Shown here: positions 46,373 to 58,960 of the stretch, in pieces
Layout of the letters: the number at the start of each line of letters is the position of its first letter
Numbering within the stretch: the first letter of the stretch is position 1
The notes under the pieces: model-generated
Told to the model about the DNA's origin: nothing
What the model saw: the letters and a program-made list of their open reading frames with translations, nothing else
The model's database searches: none
Source: Psammoneis japonica
Lineage: Eukaryota
DNA length: 64,000 bases
Direction: 5' to 3'
NCBI GenBank assembly: GCA_008632985.1
Contig: QPGO01000002.1
Coordinates: 558,001 to 622,000, forward strand
Made by a program: the position numbers and the translations under genes

Positions 46373-49341
46373 ATGCCAAATGGCTCAATGATTGTACCAC
46401 TATCATTGGTTCTACTCCTGCAACTGTTGGCGCTTCAAGACACGGTTGCGTTTCTAGCGAATCCACGTCCAACCCACAATGCACGACCAGCAACAGCAAC
46501 AACTCACAATGTCGTCTTTACCAAACTATCCGAAGACTGCTTGGGAGCGCTCGGTATTGCGCAAGAGCAGGCTAGTATTTCGGGATTAAAAGAAATTGAC
46601 GAGACCTACATGCTTTTGGGTCTCTGTCAATTTCCAGGCAAGTGTGAGTCTGTCTTTGAAAAGTACAAGATCAAATGGGAAAATGTGCGACGAACCTTGA
46701 ATTATCTTAACGACAGTGGTTCTAAAAACAAGCCATTGACACTGGCGGATTTTAAAGAAAACGATGCAGACGTCATGTTACCATACGGAAAAGGTCTACA
46801 AGAGCGACTCTTTGAAGCGGGCAAAATTTCGCAAACCATGGGAGCTCCGCAAATCGAAACCGAACACGTTTTTTTGTCCCTCTTGCATTACCAAGAGATT
46901 GATGGAGTCACATATGCGGCGACACGGGGAGATGATTGCAAGGCAATGGAAATTTTGGAGCACGAGGATGCCACGGTGGATGGAGAGGATGTGACACAAG
47001 ATTTGCTTCAGCATTTGATGGAGGAGCGAACCAAATCGAGCACGGACGCCGAGAAATCAACCAGTACAACGCCGTCTGCGCCTCAAACTGCATCACCTAG
47101 CACCCAAAATGCCATGCAAGGTGGTGGAGGCGGAACTGGAAAGCCGGATAGGAGCGAGATTCGGTCCATGATTGCAGAGTTTGGATCCGACTTGACAGCC
47201 CAAGCGGCCAATGGTGATCTAGACGTCGTACAAGGAAGGGACGAAGAAATCGAAAGTGCGCTCCGTATTTTGTTGCGCCGACGCAAGAATAATTGTGTGC
47301 TCATTGGAGAAGCAGGCGTGGGTAAGGCATTCGTTCGCTGGTTTGGGCGTGGTGTCGATTTGTGTTACGTGACGAATGCTCATACACTCTGAATGTTCTT
47401 CTCCGTTCTTGTCTTGTAGGTAAAACGGCGATTGCAGAAGGGTTGGCGCAGATTCTGGCGTCTGACGAATGTCCTGCGCTATTGAAAGGATACAAAATGA
47501 TTTCCTTGGAGGTTTCTTCCTTGTTGAGTGGAACTCAGTTTCGTGGCGCCTTTGAAGAGCGCTTTCGTGGCATTTTGGACGAAATCACGGATGGATCGCA
47601 GTCTAGAACGATTCTCTTTTTGGATGAAATGCATACCCTTATGGGATCAGGCTCAACCGAAGGAAGCGGAATCGATGCCGCAAATCTCTTGAAGCCGTAC
47701 CTAGCTCGTGGACAGCTCAAAGTTGTCGGAGCAACAACGATTACGGAATACAATCGCATGATTACCAAAGATGCTGCCCTCGACCGGCGATTCCAGCCGG
47801 TACTGATTCGAGAGCCAACGGTTGAACAAACAGTCGAAATCCTCAAGGCCCTTGTTCCATTTTATCAATCACATCATCGAGTTGAATTCGAGCCACAAAG
47901 TCTGGAAGCAGCAGCAAAGTTGTCGGATCGATACATTGCCGACCGCTTTTTGCCAGACAAGGCGATTGATTTGTTGGATGAGGCTGGAGCCGTTGCAACC
48001 TTGCGCCGAGTCCCAGATCAAGCTGCCCCCGTTGTGGATGAAAATCTTGTTACGGAAATTGTTTCAGATTGGTCATCCATCCCAGTTGGCACGTTGCAAA
48101 TGGAGGAGAAGGAACGATTGGAGGCGTTGGTAAGCAGATCTTTGGTTCTTTTCCTCAAGACTGGTTCGGATTCAGTTAGCTCAATCTTCGTGCTCCGATC
48201 TTGTATCTTTTTGTAGGAGGAGACGATGGCAGAACGTATCAAGGGACAAGAACGTGCTGTTAAGGCAGTAGCCAAGGCAATTCGACGAGCAAGAACGGGA
48301 ATTCGTGACCACCGTCGTCCGATATCTTCATTGTTGTTCTGTGGACCGACCGGCACAGGAAAGACGGAACTGTGCAAGACGCTAGCCGAAACTTACTATG
48401 GTTCAGAAAAGAACCTGATTCGAATTGACATGAGTGAATACATGGAGAAGCAGCAAGTCACAAGACTCATTGGTCCACCACCAGGATTGATTGGCTATGA
48501 GGAGGGTGGAGTTCTCACCGAGGCTGTCCGCCGCTCTCCACATTCCGTAATTTTGTTGGATGAGTTGGAAAAGGCGCATCCAGATGTTCTCAATTTACTG
48601 CTACAAGTTATTGATGATGGCATCCTGACCGACGGTAAAGGTCGAACCGTCTCGTTCAAAAATACAATTATCATTATGACGTCCAACATCGGCAGCAAGC
48701 GTATTTTGGACTTGGTCAAGGAGAGCAAAGGTGTGACTATGACTGGTAGACCGCCTTATTCTCAATTGGCTAGTGTCGTCAAATCCGAGTTGGAATCAAA
48801 CATGAAACCTGAATTTTTGAATCGGATTGATGACATTGTTATCTTTGAACCATTGACAGATAATGAGCTCTTCATGATTGCATCCATGATGAGTCTGGGA
48901 ATTGTCCTTCGATCGAAACGAGAGCGTGATATTGACGTGACGGTGGAAGGTCCACTGTTGGAGAAAATGGTAAATGAAGGAAGCAAGGCTGCTAGTCAGT
49001 TTGGAGCTCGACCCATGCGCCGAGCCGTGCAACGCATTCTGGAGGATAGTCTATCTGACGCGGTCATGAAGAACTTCTTACAGGCTGGTGACAAGGCAAC
49101 GTTTGACTTGGAAAAGGAGCAGAATCTCGAATGCGACTTGGATGATATGCGAAGGTATAATGTAATAGTTACACGAGAACGCGACGGAGAGACCTTTGCG
49201 GTTGAAATTGAAGAATCGTGTCGTGACATGGCCGCTGAAGCTATAGAAGATATTGGCACTAAAGATGAAGACGATGCGTCACAACGTCCTAATGGTGTCC
49301 AACTGCAGGTGCAGCATCAAAAGCAGGAGCAGCAGACATAG
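46373..49341 (+). CDS. clpC: Plastid-targeted Clp/Hsp100 AAA+ chaperone (ClpC-like)
   Basis: Signal peptide ending TVA-F; Clp-N repeats; Walker A GEAGVGKT and GPTGTGKT; RFLPDKAIDLLDEA; FGARPMRR; introns 47322-47419 and 48130-48216. Confidence 0.9.
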
Positions 49342-49879
49342 AGCCTACTCGTATCGGACGTAGGGACCCACACGCAAGAGCGGGCCTACCAACCAAACAA
49401 CAAACTGCATGCGATAGCCCGTTGTAACAAACTCTCGATGAGCTACTTCTAAAACGACGTGTAGTACAAAAATTTTTTTACCACCCTCTCTTTCTAGGGC
49501 TAGCAGTCGACAGTGCCGGCTCCTGAAATCATGACGAACCGCAGTACTTATCGCCGATTTGTCAACATCAGCCGTCTCAAGTTTGAATTCAAAGTTGGCC
49601 ATGTTGATTCTCGCCGTTGTCGTTGCGTCTGAAAAAGAGCAAACATTTGCAGTGTGCGATCCATCAGAGCATTCTACGGTTCGCAACCAAGTACAAGAAA
49701 TGCATTATCAGCGATGTCTCGTGCATGTAGCTGTGCATGCAAAGCTTTGAGACGATGATCTGATGGTTGAGAGCTGAGAGATCGAAGCGTTATAAAACTA
49801 AGAAAACAGGCTTTTAGAATCATGCCTCCTGTCAACCACAAACTTATGAAATGATGTGTATTAATGATTCCATGTCCGC

Positions 49880-51760
49880 TCATGTAATCGTAGCCGAAGG
49901 AACCGAGAAAGTATCGACAGGATCATTTACCGCTTGTAATTCTAATTCGCAGCTAGCCACTTGGTACTGGTTACTTCCAACGCGGCGTCGATTGTAATAT
50001 CGCTTTCCATAAACTCCTCCCACGACACCAAGGGTTACGACAAGGGCGACTGCCGCCAAAATTCCGCTAAAGCTCCCAGAGGATTCCGACGCTTTGCTCC
50101 GTTCATGGGCAATTTCATCTTTCTTCTCATCACGCTTTTCATTCGTCGGAGTTTCTTCACCGGGACGTTCCCATGGGTTTGGCTCTCCGAATTCATCTAG
50201 AAGAGCCAAATAGTCACAATCACTCTCTGCCCATCCAATTCTTCCATTCTCAACATCAAACGTGACATCATGTCCCATGATAAAGTTAGAGCCCAACGTG
50301 CTACCAAACCCGTCATCTTCATACAAGCGGTTTACATACTGTCCTTCCTTGTATTCCATGTAATGAGACGGCGGCATGGCAACCACGACATCAAAATTCT
50401 CCTCCAATGTTCTGTTTTTGTCTGGAATGGCTGATCCAAGTGTACCCAAGGGGTATGGTGCCGCAGAGACGATTTTTTGGTTTTCCCTGTAGTCACCTTT
50501 CATTTGAAACAGAATCGTAGGAAGCCCATCCAGCTCTTCTTCGGAAAGATCGAGCGGATTGTGATGATAGGGAACATCGGTCATTTCTTTCCACACCCGT
50601 TCAAAGTCATGAGCAAACTTCCTTGGAAAGTACGTGTTGGTAGTACAAGAAGCAATCGTTACTTCACCCCGATCAAGCTCTTCTTCCGACCGTTCTACCG
50701 ATATAATTGGCAAGGAAGCGACACTAGACAGGGCTGAATCGCCTCCTCCACCCTTTCGCATATAAATGGCTTTTACATCCACACCATAGTCTCTGCTTTG
50801 CTTATTGTTCAAAGGGGTGTAGACTACCGGGCTGTTCTCATTGTGGAGGCGTTTATCAAAACCACCCAGTGTAAAAGCACCAGCTTCGGTTCCTTTACGA
50901 GACGCAGTGGGCTGACGTGCATAGCACAAGGAAAACGCAGACCCGTCGCTAATGTTTGCCCTCATGGCTTGGTGCCAGTACGAGTTCTCCGTATTGTCCA
51001 TCCCAAGAATACCGTCAGCGAGCTGTGTCTTGAAGAGGCCCGTCAATTTAGTCTGGCACACAAAATCAAGTTCAAACTGATACTCTCTTGCTTGATCTGG
51101 GTCAATGTCATCGTGGATCTCACCGTCTCCTTCTCCCTTGGCGAGTGCCTTGTCGTGTGGTCCTCCTATACGAAGTTGTTACCAAGCAGTCAAGCGATCA
51201 ACATTTGTTATCTAGAAAAGGAAACGCACACACACACACACGATTCACGTACCCATGTAAGCCATATCCTTGGCTTCCCAGCCAGACCACGAGCTCCCCT
51301 CCATATAAGAAAATCCCATTTCACATTTTCCATTCGTATTCGTGTCGACATTGCAATGTCCCACATGGCAATGACCACAATACACTGGCTGAAACGTCAA
51401 GGATGCAGTCTCGTTAAACCGTCGATCGACGTGGAAGATTTCGTCTCCACAATCAATGCAATTACTGCAGGGAAACCCGATACCAGGACTGTCGGTTCCA
51501 AGAATGAGTGTTTGTCGTTGCGGTGGAGTTCCCGTCCACATGTCAACATAATGAACACCATATCCTTGATAGGCGGCGTCCACCTGCTGGGCAGAAAGAT
51601 CGCGACGCAAATTATGGTGCGAATAGTCTTTGTTGCGCTCTTTGAGCACACGTCGCATGTGAGTGTGTTGGGGAATCAAAGGCATCGTCTTGATGGTTTT
51701 AATTCGAGACAACGCAGGAATGGGCGTTCCGACCAAAACAATAAATGGCAAATATTTCAT
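49880..51760 (-). CDS. A1 aspartic-protease-like membrane protein, copy 1 (both catalytic Asp motifs altered)
   Basis: HYVDMWTGTPPQRQ, YMEGSSW, ADGILG, LGSNFIMGHDVTFD..RIGWA; intron 51166-51252; C-terminal TM segment. Confidence 0.9.
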
Positions 51761-52319
51761 TGTAGAACGCTGTCTTTCAGCAGTTTAAATAAAGATCAAT
51801 CGAACTCAACAGTGAGAAGCGAAGCTCAAGGTATCACGGCATCAATGAAAAAGATACGAGTACGGTATGATAATCACTCTATATATTCCCAGCTTCCTGT
51901 ACCGATCCGGTAGCAGGAGTTGTAGTGCTAGATAAGATATCCAAGAAGAGTATTCTTTCGTTTACGCTCTATGGTTTGCTCGCAACACGCTCCCAACATG
52001 GGAGGTCTCTCGTCTCTATCTTACGACATGGAGAAGTGAGAAGATCATCTTTGTATGATCGTTCGGACGTGTTGCACGCGTCAGCGAATTTTCGAAATAT
52101 CTGAACGGAAAAGGTTTAGTAATATAACGGTCGTCCGTTGGGTTTATCCTAAATGTATAAGTCCAGTAATCTTTCTGTTTTTTATATATAAAAACATACA
52201 TTCATTTTGACTCAATGGTCCGACCCTCGGTACAGTGCAGTACGACCTCGGCGTAGATCTGGTCCTTTTCCCAACACACTCCTGCATTCCAACCAGGCTT
52301 GTCAGGGACATTCATAACC

Positions 52320-52800
52320 CCCTTCCACAGCTTAAGTAAATGAACTGCCATGCAAAGGTTTGGTGAAGAAATCTGCCAGCATCTCCTCAGTGGGACAGCA
52401 TGCAGTGAAACACACATCTCCAGACTTGGTGAGACATGGTGCCGCTCATTGATGTGCCTCATGTGTTCTCACATCCACTGGGTGCTCTCCCACTCCATTC
52501 TGGGAGCAGGGTCAAGCTCTGGTTGTCCTGGTGGATGACATCATTGCTCACCTTTTGTGTCCCTGAGCTTTAAGAAAATGTCTTGCCCGCCACAGCACAG
52601 CAGCAAGCAGGGCATGAAGTCACAAACTCACTCCCGCTGCCAGCTCTGCATTGGTGGAGCTTTTCATGTTTGACTTCTTTTTTGCAGACATTGAGCAGAC
52701 AGACCTCTTGTCTGAAGATGTGGTCACTCTGGTGTGGCACTTTATGCCTTGGCGTGTCAACCCATGCGACCACTTGACATTTCATGGCGATGATGTAATG
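52320..52800 (-). pseudogene. Decayed copia RNase H fragment inside a TpA-depleted insert (~52290-54540)
   Basis: WVD, IHQDNQS, HINER, CPTEEMLADFFTKPLHG. Confidence 0.75.
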
Positions 52801-54951
52801 TTTGCATCAAGATTTTTTGAATGCATCAACAAACACAAAATGGCATTTAAACACAAATGCCTGCAGTTGCAGGAAAACTCTGAACCACAAAAGTTGTTGC
52901 TCAATGACACACACACCTGAGCATGAGTGTGAGCCTGCTCAACTCAGCACATGTGCTGATGATGACACACATCACATGCCACACCCAGCAGCCAACAACC
53001 TCATTGCCCCATTTGTGGAGAGGTGATCTGAAATGTGATTCCTCAGGCCACCCTCAGCCAAGCTTGATTTTCATTTGAAAAAGCCAAAACAGCTTGAACA
53101 GCTCAAAATCTTGTGAAAACCAGCAATTTTTTGTCAAGGTTGGCAACTTCTGAAAAGCTCACTCAGCCTTTTCAAGCTTTGAAGGGGGGGGCTTGAAACT
53201 CACCACCATGTTGCACATATTCCACAGTGCTGCTCTGTGGCAGCTGACATTGAAAGCAACTTTTTAGTGTGCTGGTGTGACACTGTCATCATCGTCATTG
53301 TCCACCAGCTCCTGATGTTTTTGCACTTGTCGCTCTGGCTGTGTTGCGTCATTGCACTGAGTGTGTTGCCCAAGCCTGCCAGCGCTGCTTGAATTGATTT
53401 AACTTTGTGCCCAGCCATGTCCCAAATGTGTTCCAAAATCTGGGTTTTTCTTTGGCACAATTCTGCGCAACTGTCGCACACTTGTGTCCTCATTCAAGAC
53501 ATGCACAGAGCAAACATGAGTGGATCCACAGATTTTTGTGTGCACAACCATTGCACGCTTGGCAAAAGAAAAACATTGGAAGCTCTTCACAAAGGAATTT
53601 TGAGTTCTGCTGGACACAAGGTTAAATCACAGTGCATGTGTTTTTCAACTGCGAAGCACATTGTTTTAAGTTGAGAATGCACGTTGACATTTGCTCACAG
53701 TTGACTTGTTGAAAAATGTGTGGATTGTGGTCATGTGGTTTGCAGTTGCAGCAATGGGCAACAAAGCCAGCTCCATGGCCACCCTCCCTTTTTGCATCTT
53801 TGCTGCATGGATTTTGATGAGAATTGTTTTGATCCCTCCATGCTTTGATGACACAAATGCTGCATGTCATTTTTTTTTTCACCACAATTTCTGCAAGGAA
53901 ATTTGCACCTTCAGAATGAAACAATGCCATGTGGAGACTCCAGGGCACTTCTTGTGGCAATGGCTGGTGCTGATGTCAGAGAAACTTGCAACAGCCCAAA
54001 CAAGACACACCCACCTGTGGGCACATTGTGTTTTTGATTGACTTCTAGACTCATTTTGATGAAACTGACATGCCTTCTCTGTGGCCTTTTTCTCTGTGTG
54101 CAGCTCCTGCACTCAGGCATCTGGTCTTTGTTGACCCCTCTTCTTGCTCTGCAACAGTGTTTTTGTCTTCAATGTTTGAGGCACAATTTCACCCGCACCA
54201 TTCTTTGAGAGATCTTGGCAACGGAGCTGTGAGTCCAGGCTTTTCACCCAGCAAAATGGAAAGAGAAGGATTGCTTTGCCAGGATCCTCACCTCTTTTTG
54301 ACATGTGCAGATGGCATGAACGGCTGGCAGGGAACTTTGGGCCAGGTGGAAAATTTGGCAGGGCAACTCAGAACTTCCCCTGGGTAGAAGGTGCTCTGGT
54401 GGCCAGCAGGCATGCTGTGATGTGTGTCTACAGTGGTTTGTTGCTGTTCATGTTGTTCCACCCAACATTTTCATTTTGGCTGTCATTTTGCCAGCATGGG
54501 TGTCTGTGACTGTGAGAGCTTGCAGCGGCATTTCCAGGCCAATCTTCTACATGGCGCACGTCCTTTGGCAACATTTGTTCACTTAAAGAATCAGATCATA
54601 GAGCTTGCAGCATCCAGTCGTCAATGGATGAAATGTGGAGCTGGCCGCAGAGAAGTAATGGAGTTTTGGCGTGTCGACGACGGCAGAGTTAAGCAAAACA
54701 ACAAACTGCATACAGTAGAGTCCATTGTAACAAAATGTCTTTTGAGCAAATAAAAATGAAGATAAATCGAATCCAACAATTAGAGTACATGCAAGCTCTG
54801 TGACAATGTTCTGGTCAGCCTTTGATGTCTGAGAGATCGAATTGTATAGATTTAAAAAAAAACACTCAGTAGGTTGATAGAAGCATGCACTTGCTAGAGA
54901 CACTGTCAACCAAAAAAATATGAAATGATATGTACTTGATTCCATGTCCGC

Positions 54952-56901
54952 TCAGGTAATCGTAGTCGAAGGAGCAGAGAAAGTATCGACAGGATCTGTT
55001 GCCGCTTGCAATTCTAGTTCCCTGCTAGCCACTTGGTACTGGTTACTTCCAACGCGGCGTCGATTGTAATATTGCTTTCCATAAACTCCTCCAACGACAC
55101 CAAGGGATACGACAAGAGTAACTGTCGCCAAGATTCCGCCAAAGCTTCCAGAAGATTCCGGCGCTTTGCTTTGTTCCTGGGTAATTTCGTCATTATTCTC
55201 TTCACTCTTATCATTTGTCGGAGCTCCTGGATTATTAACAGGAGGGCTTTTGACTTCATCCTCGCTGTCGCTTGCGCCCGTTCCTCTCCCTTTGCCGCCA
55301 TCATCTTCACCGGGACGTTCCCATGGGTTTGGCTCTCCGAATTCATCTAGAAGAGCCAAATAATCACACTCACTCTCTGCCCATCCAATTCTTCCATTCT
55401 CAACATCAAACGTGACATCGTGTCCCATGATAAAATTTGAGCCCAATGTGCTACCAAAACCGTCATCATCATACAAGCGGTTTGTATACCGTCCTTCCTT
55501 GTATTCCATGTAATGAGACGGCGGCACGGCAACCACGACATCGAAATTCTCCTCCATTGTTCTGTTTTCGTCTGGAATGGCTGATCCAAGTGTACCCAAG
55601 GGGTATGGCGCCGACGAGACGATTTTTTGGTTTTCCCTGTAGTCACCTTTCATTTGAAACAGAATCGTAGGAAGCCCATCCAGCTCTTCTTCCGAAAGAT
55701 CGAGTGGATGGTGATGGTAGGGAACATCGGTCATTTCTTTCCACACCCGTTCAAAGTCATGAGCAAACTTCCTTGGCAAATACGTGTCGGTAGTACCAGA
55801 ATCAATTACCACTACACCCCGATGAAGCTCTTCTTCCGACAGTTCTAGAGATGTTATTGGCAAGGAGGCGACATTAGACAGGGCTGAATCGCCTCCTCCA
55901 CCCTTTCGCATATAAATGGCCTTTACATCCACACGATAGTCCCTACTTAGCTTGTCCAAAGGCGTGTAGACTACCGGGCTGTTCTCATTGTGAAGGCGTT
56001 TATCAAAACCACCCAGTGTGAATGCACCAGCTTCGGTTCCTTTACGAGACGCCGTGGGCTGACGTGCATAGCACAAGGAAAACGCAGACTCGTCGCTAAT
56101 GTTTGCCCTCATGGCTTGGTGCCAGTACGAGTTCTCGGTATTGTCCATCCCAAGAATACCGTCAGCGAGCTGTGTCTTGAAGAGGCCCGTCAATTCTGTC
56201 TGGCACACAAAGTCGAGTTCAAACTGATACTCTCTTGCTTGATCTGGGTCAATGTCATCGTGGATCTCACCGTCTCCTTCGCCCTTGGCGAGTGCCTTGT
56301 CGTGTGGTCCTCCTATACGAAGTTGTTTCCAAGCAGTCAAGCGATCAACATTTGTTATCTAAAAAAGGAAACGCACACACACGATTCACGTACCCATGTA
56401 AGCCATATCCTTCGCTTCCCAGCCAGACCACGAACTCCCCTCCATATAAGAAAACCCCATTTCACATTTTCCGTTCGTATTCGTGTCGACATTGCAATGT
56501 CCCACTTGGCAATGACCACAATACACTGGCTGAAATGTCAAGGACATAGTCTCGTTAAACCGTCTATCGACGTGGTAGATTTCGTCTCCACAATCAATGC
56601 AATTGCTGCAGGGAAACCCGATACCAGGACTTGCGGTTCCAAGAATGAGCGTTTGTCGTTGCGGCGGAGTTCCAGTCCACATGTCAACATAATGAACACC
56701 ATATCCTTGATAGGCGGCATCCACCTGTTGAGCAGAAAGATCGCGACGCAAATTATAGTGTGAACCGTCTTTGTTGCGCTCTTTGAGCAAACGTCTCATG
56801 TGAGCGTGTTGGGGAATCAAAGGCATCGTCTTGATGGCTTTAATTCGAGACAACGCAGAAACCGGCGTTCCAGCCAAAACAACAAATGGCAAATATTGCA
56901 T
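54952..56901 (-). CDS. A1 aspartic-protease-like membrane protein, copy 2
   Basis: Close paralog of 49880-51760; intron 56313-56393; second motif IDSGTT intact, first motif reads LGTAS. Confidence 0.9.
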
Positions 56902-57834
56902 TTTAGAATGCTGACTTTGAGCAGTTTAAATAAAGATCGATCGAATTCAACAATGAGAAGCGAAGCTCAAGGTATCACGGCATCAATGAAAATGCGAGCG
57001 TGTTCGCGTACATGATGTGTAATTTGACATGATGAGTCATGCCTGCCTTGATCCGCGATTCTTCAGTCGTGACTCCAGTGAGTGATTTAGATTACAAGTG
57101 CTACGAATTGCTTCACAATTGCGCGATTCACGTGCGCGAAGGTCGAATGTCGTTGCCCGAAGCAACATTCTCCCTTCGCGCAGCCAATCACGTAGAACCA
57201 CGTAGAATTTGTACCAAATGCCGTTGCACCTTCTTTTTTGCCTCCGACCCCAGCGCAAGTGGGCGCATTGTATGGGCAAATTGAGAAGCAACGATGGATC
57301 GGTGCAATGGCATGGAGATGAGATCGAAATGGGAATTTCAACCTTGCTTCCAAGCAGCATGATGGATTCGTGGCGGTTTCCAAGGCACGGCACTCCGATT
57401 TTGAGGTGTGACATTTGTGGAAAAGCCAATGATGTGTGCATGTCATCCTCAGTTGACATCAAGGGAAACATGGCTCGCCTTGATTCATTTGCAGTGTTGA
57501 GCGACAAGGAGAATGACCAGAAAGATGAGGGCAAGAACGCTGCCAAAGAGGGTGCTGAGTTGAGCTGCAAACGCAAAGTGAAGAGCGACGAGTCTTCTCA
57601 AACTGGCAGTCAAGACGATTTGAGCTCTGCATTCATCCCATGACCGGCGCTGCCCGAGCCAACATTCAGGGAGGCATCAGCAATGGAGAGAATGTTGTGG
57701 TTCGAGTTGTGTTCAAATCGACATCCACCATTGGGCATGCACAGGTGAGAAGCACACGGCAAGAGCACAACTCTCTTGCGCACTGCACTCAATGAAGCTC
57801 GCGCTGCTGTTGCAACTCACTTGTCGCAACAGGA

Positions 57835-58030
57835 AATGGTCACACAAGATGGTCAGGAGGTGGAACTTTGAGGCAAGGGCGCGCCATCCCCACAGCAGAA
57901 GCCATGGTCGCACTCATGCTGATGGATGCTCTCATGATGCAACAGGCACAGTGTGAACTTTTTCCCAATGAGGCTGATCAAGATGCCAAACCATGCCCCA
58001 AGGGTGCAACTGCTCACCGCGATGGAGAAC
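57835..58030 (+). pseudogene. Chorismate synthase C-terminal fragment
   Basis: VTQDGQEVEL*GKG then RAIPTAEAMVALMLMDALMMQQAQ (cf. GRHDPCVxPRAVPxVEAMVAL, with the HDPCV part missing). Confidence 0.7.
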
Positions 58031-58073
58031 CTTGGGTGGTTGTCTTAGCCTCTGACGATCCAATCAGTCAACG

Positions 58074-58520
58074 TGCAGCATGCATGCAGACAAAAGGTCA
58101 TTTTTGTCATGCCCTTTGTGACATTTAAAGGCTGTGACACGTCGCCGTGATGCATTGACTCTCATTGGCAGCTGTGTGTTGCACTCCTCCCCATGTGTCA
58201 CGCGTCCATGCAGCTCTTTACTGACGTGTGCTGACACTGCACGGTTTTGGCGGAACAGTGTGGGCATGTGCGAAGGAACACACAGAACTGCACAGAGTTT
58301 TGCGTGTTCGACAGTGATCAACGTTGCTGCGGACAACTCCCACTCAGGGTTTCGAACCCCTGGCCTCCTGCCTGATGGTTGCGATGAACCACTCCGCTGT
58401 GAATTCACAATGCAGCATGCATGCAGACAAAAGGTTGTTTTTGTCATGCCCTTTGTGACATTTAAAGGCTGCAACACATTGCCGTGACACATTGACTCTC
58501 ATTGGCAGCTGTGCATTGCA
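58074..58520 (-). mobile_element. TRIM-like miniature LTR element, copy 2
   Basis: LTRs at 58411-58520 and 58074-58183 with TG...CA ends; PPT at 58184-58192; flanks AACG/AACA; A box 58389-58399, B box 58348-58358. Confidence 0.9.
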
Positions 58521-58619
58521 AACATGTTGATGAAGAGCAGTGTCGATGCCATCGTGCGAATCACACAGATGGCAGATCCTGACTGTGCTTTTAAAGTGAA
58601 ATGAATTTTGGCACTTCAT

Positions 58620-58960
58620 TGAGGTTAATTTGGCTTTCCCACGTGTGCGATCCAAGCCTCCTCAACTTCATGTGATGCCCCACCAGTGTTCACAGACAAG
58701 CACCATGTCATTTGTGATCGCTTGAGGTTGGGTTAGATCGGCTTTCCCACACGATCTGAGCCTCCTCAATCAACTTCAGGTGATGCCCTGCCATTTCATG
58801 AACAAGCTCCATGTCACTCCAATCATTTGCCGGCAAGGTTTGCTCGGCTTTCCTGTTGTCTAAGCCTCCTCAACTTCAGGTGATGCCCTGCCAGCTCACA
58901 GACAAGCACCACATTGTTTCCAATCGACAATGCCCTGCTTAAGGTTGCCTTGGCTTTCCT
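58620..58960. repeat. Degenerate tandem repeat (3-4 units of ~105-110 bp)
   Basis: Recurring GGCTTTCC..AGCCTCCTCAACTTCA.GTGATGCCC. Confidence 0.65.

Noticed and set aside
50798..51913. 371-aa plus-strand ORF (and 55990-56763)
   Set aside because: Antisense shadow of the aspartic-protease-like genes
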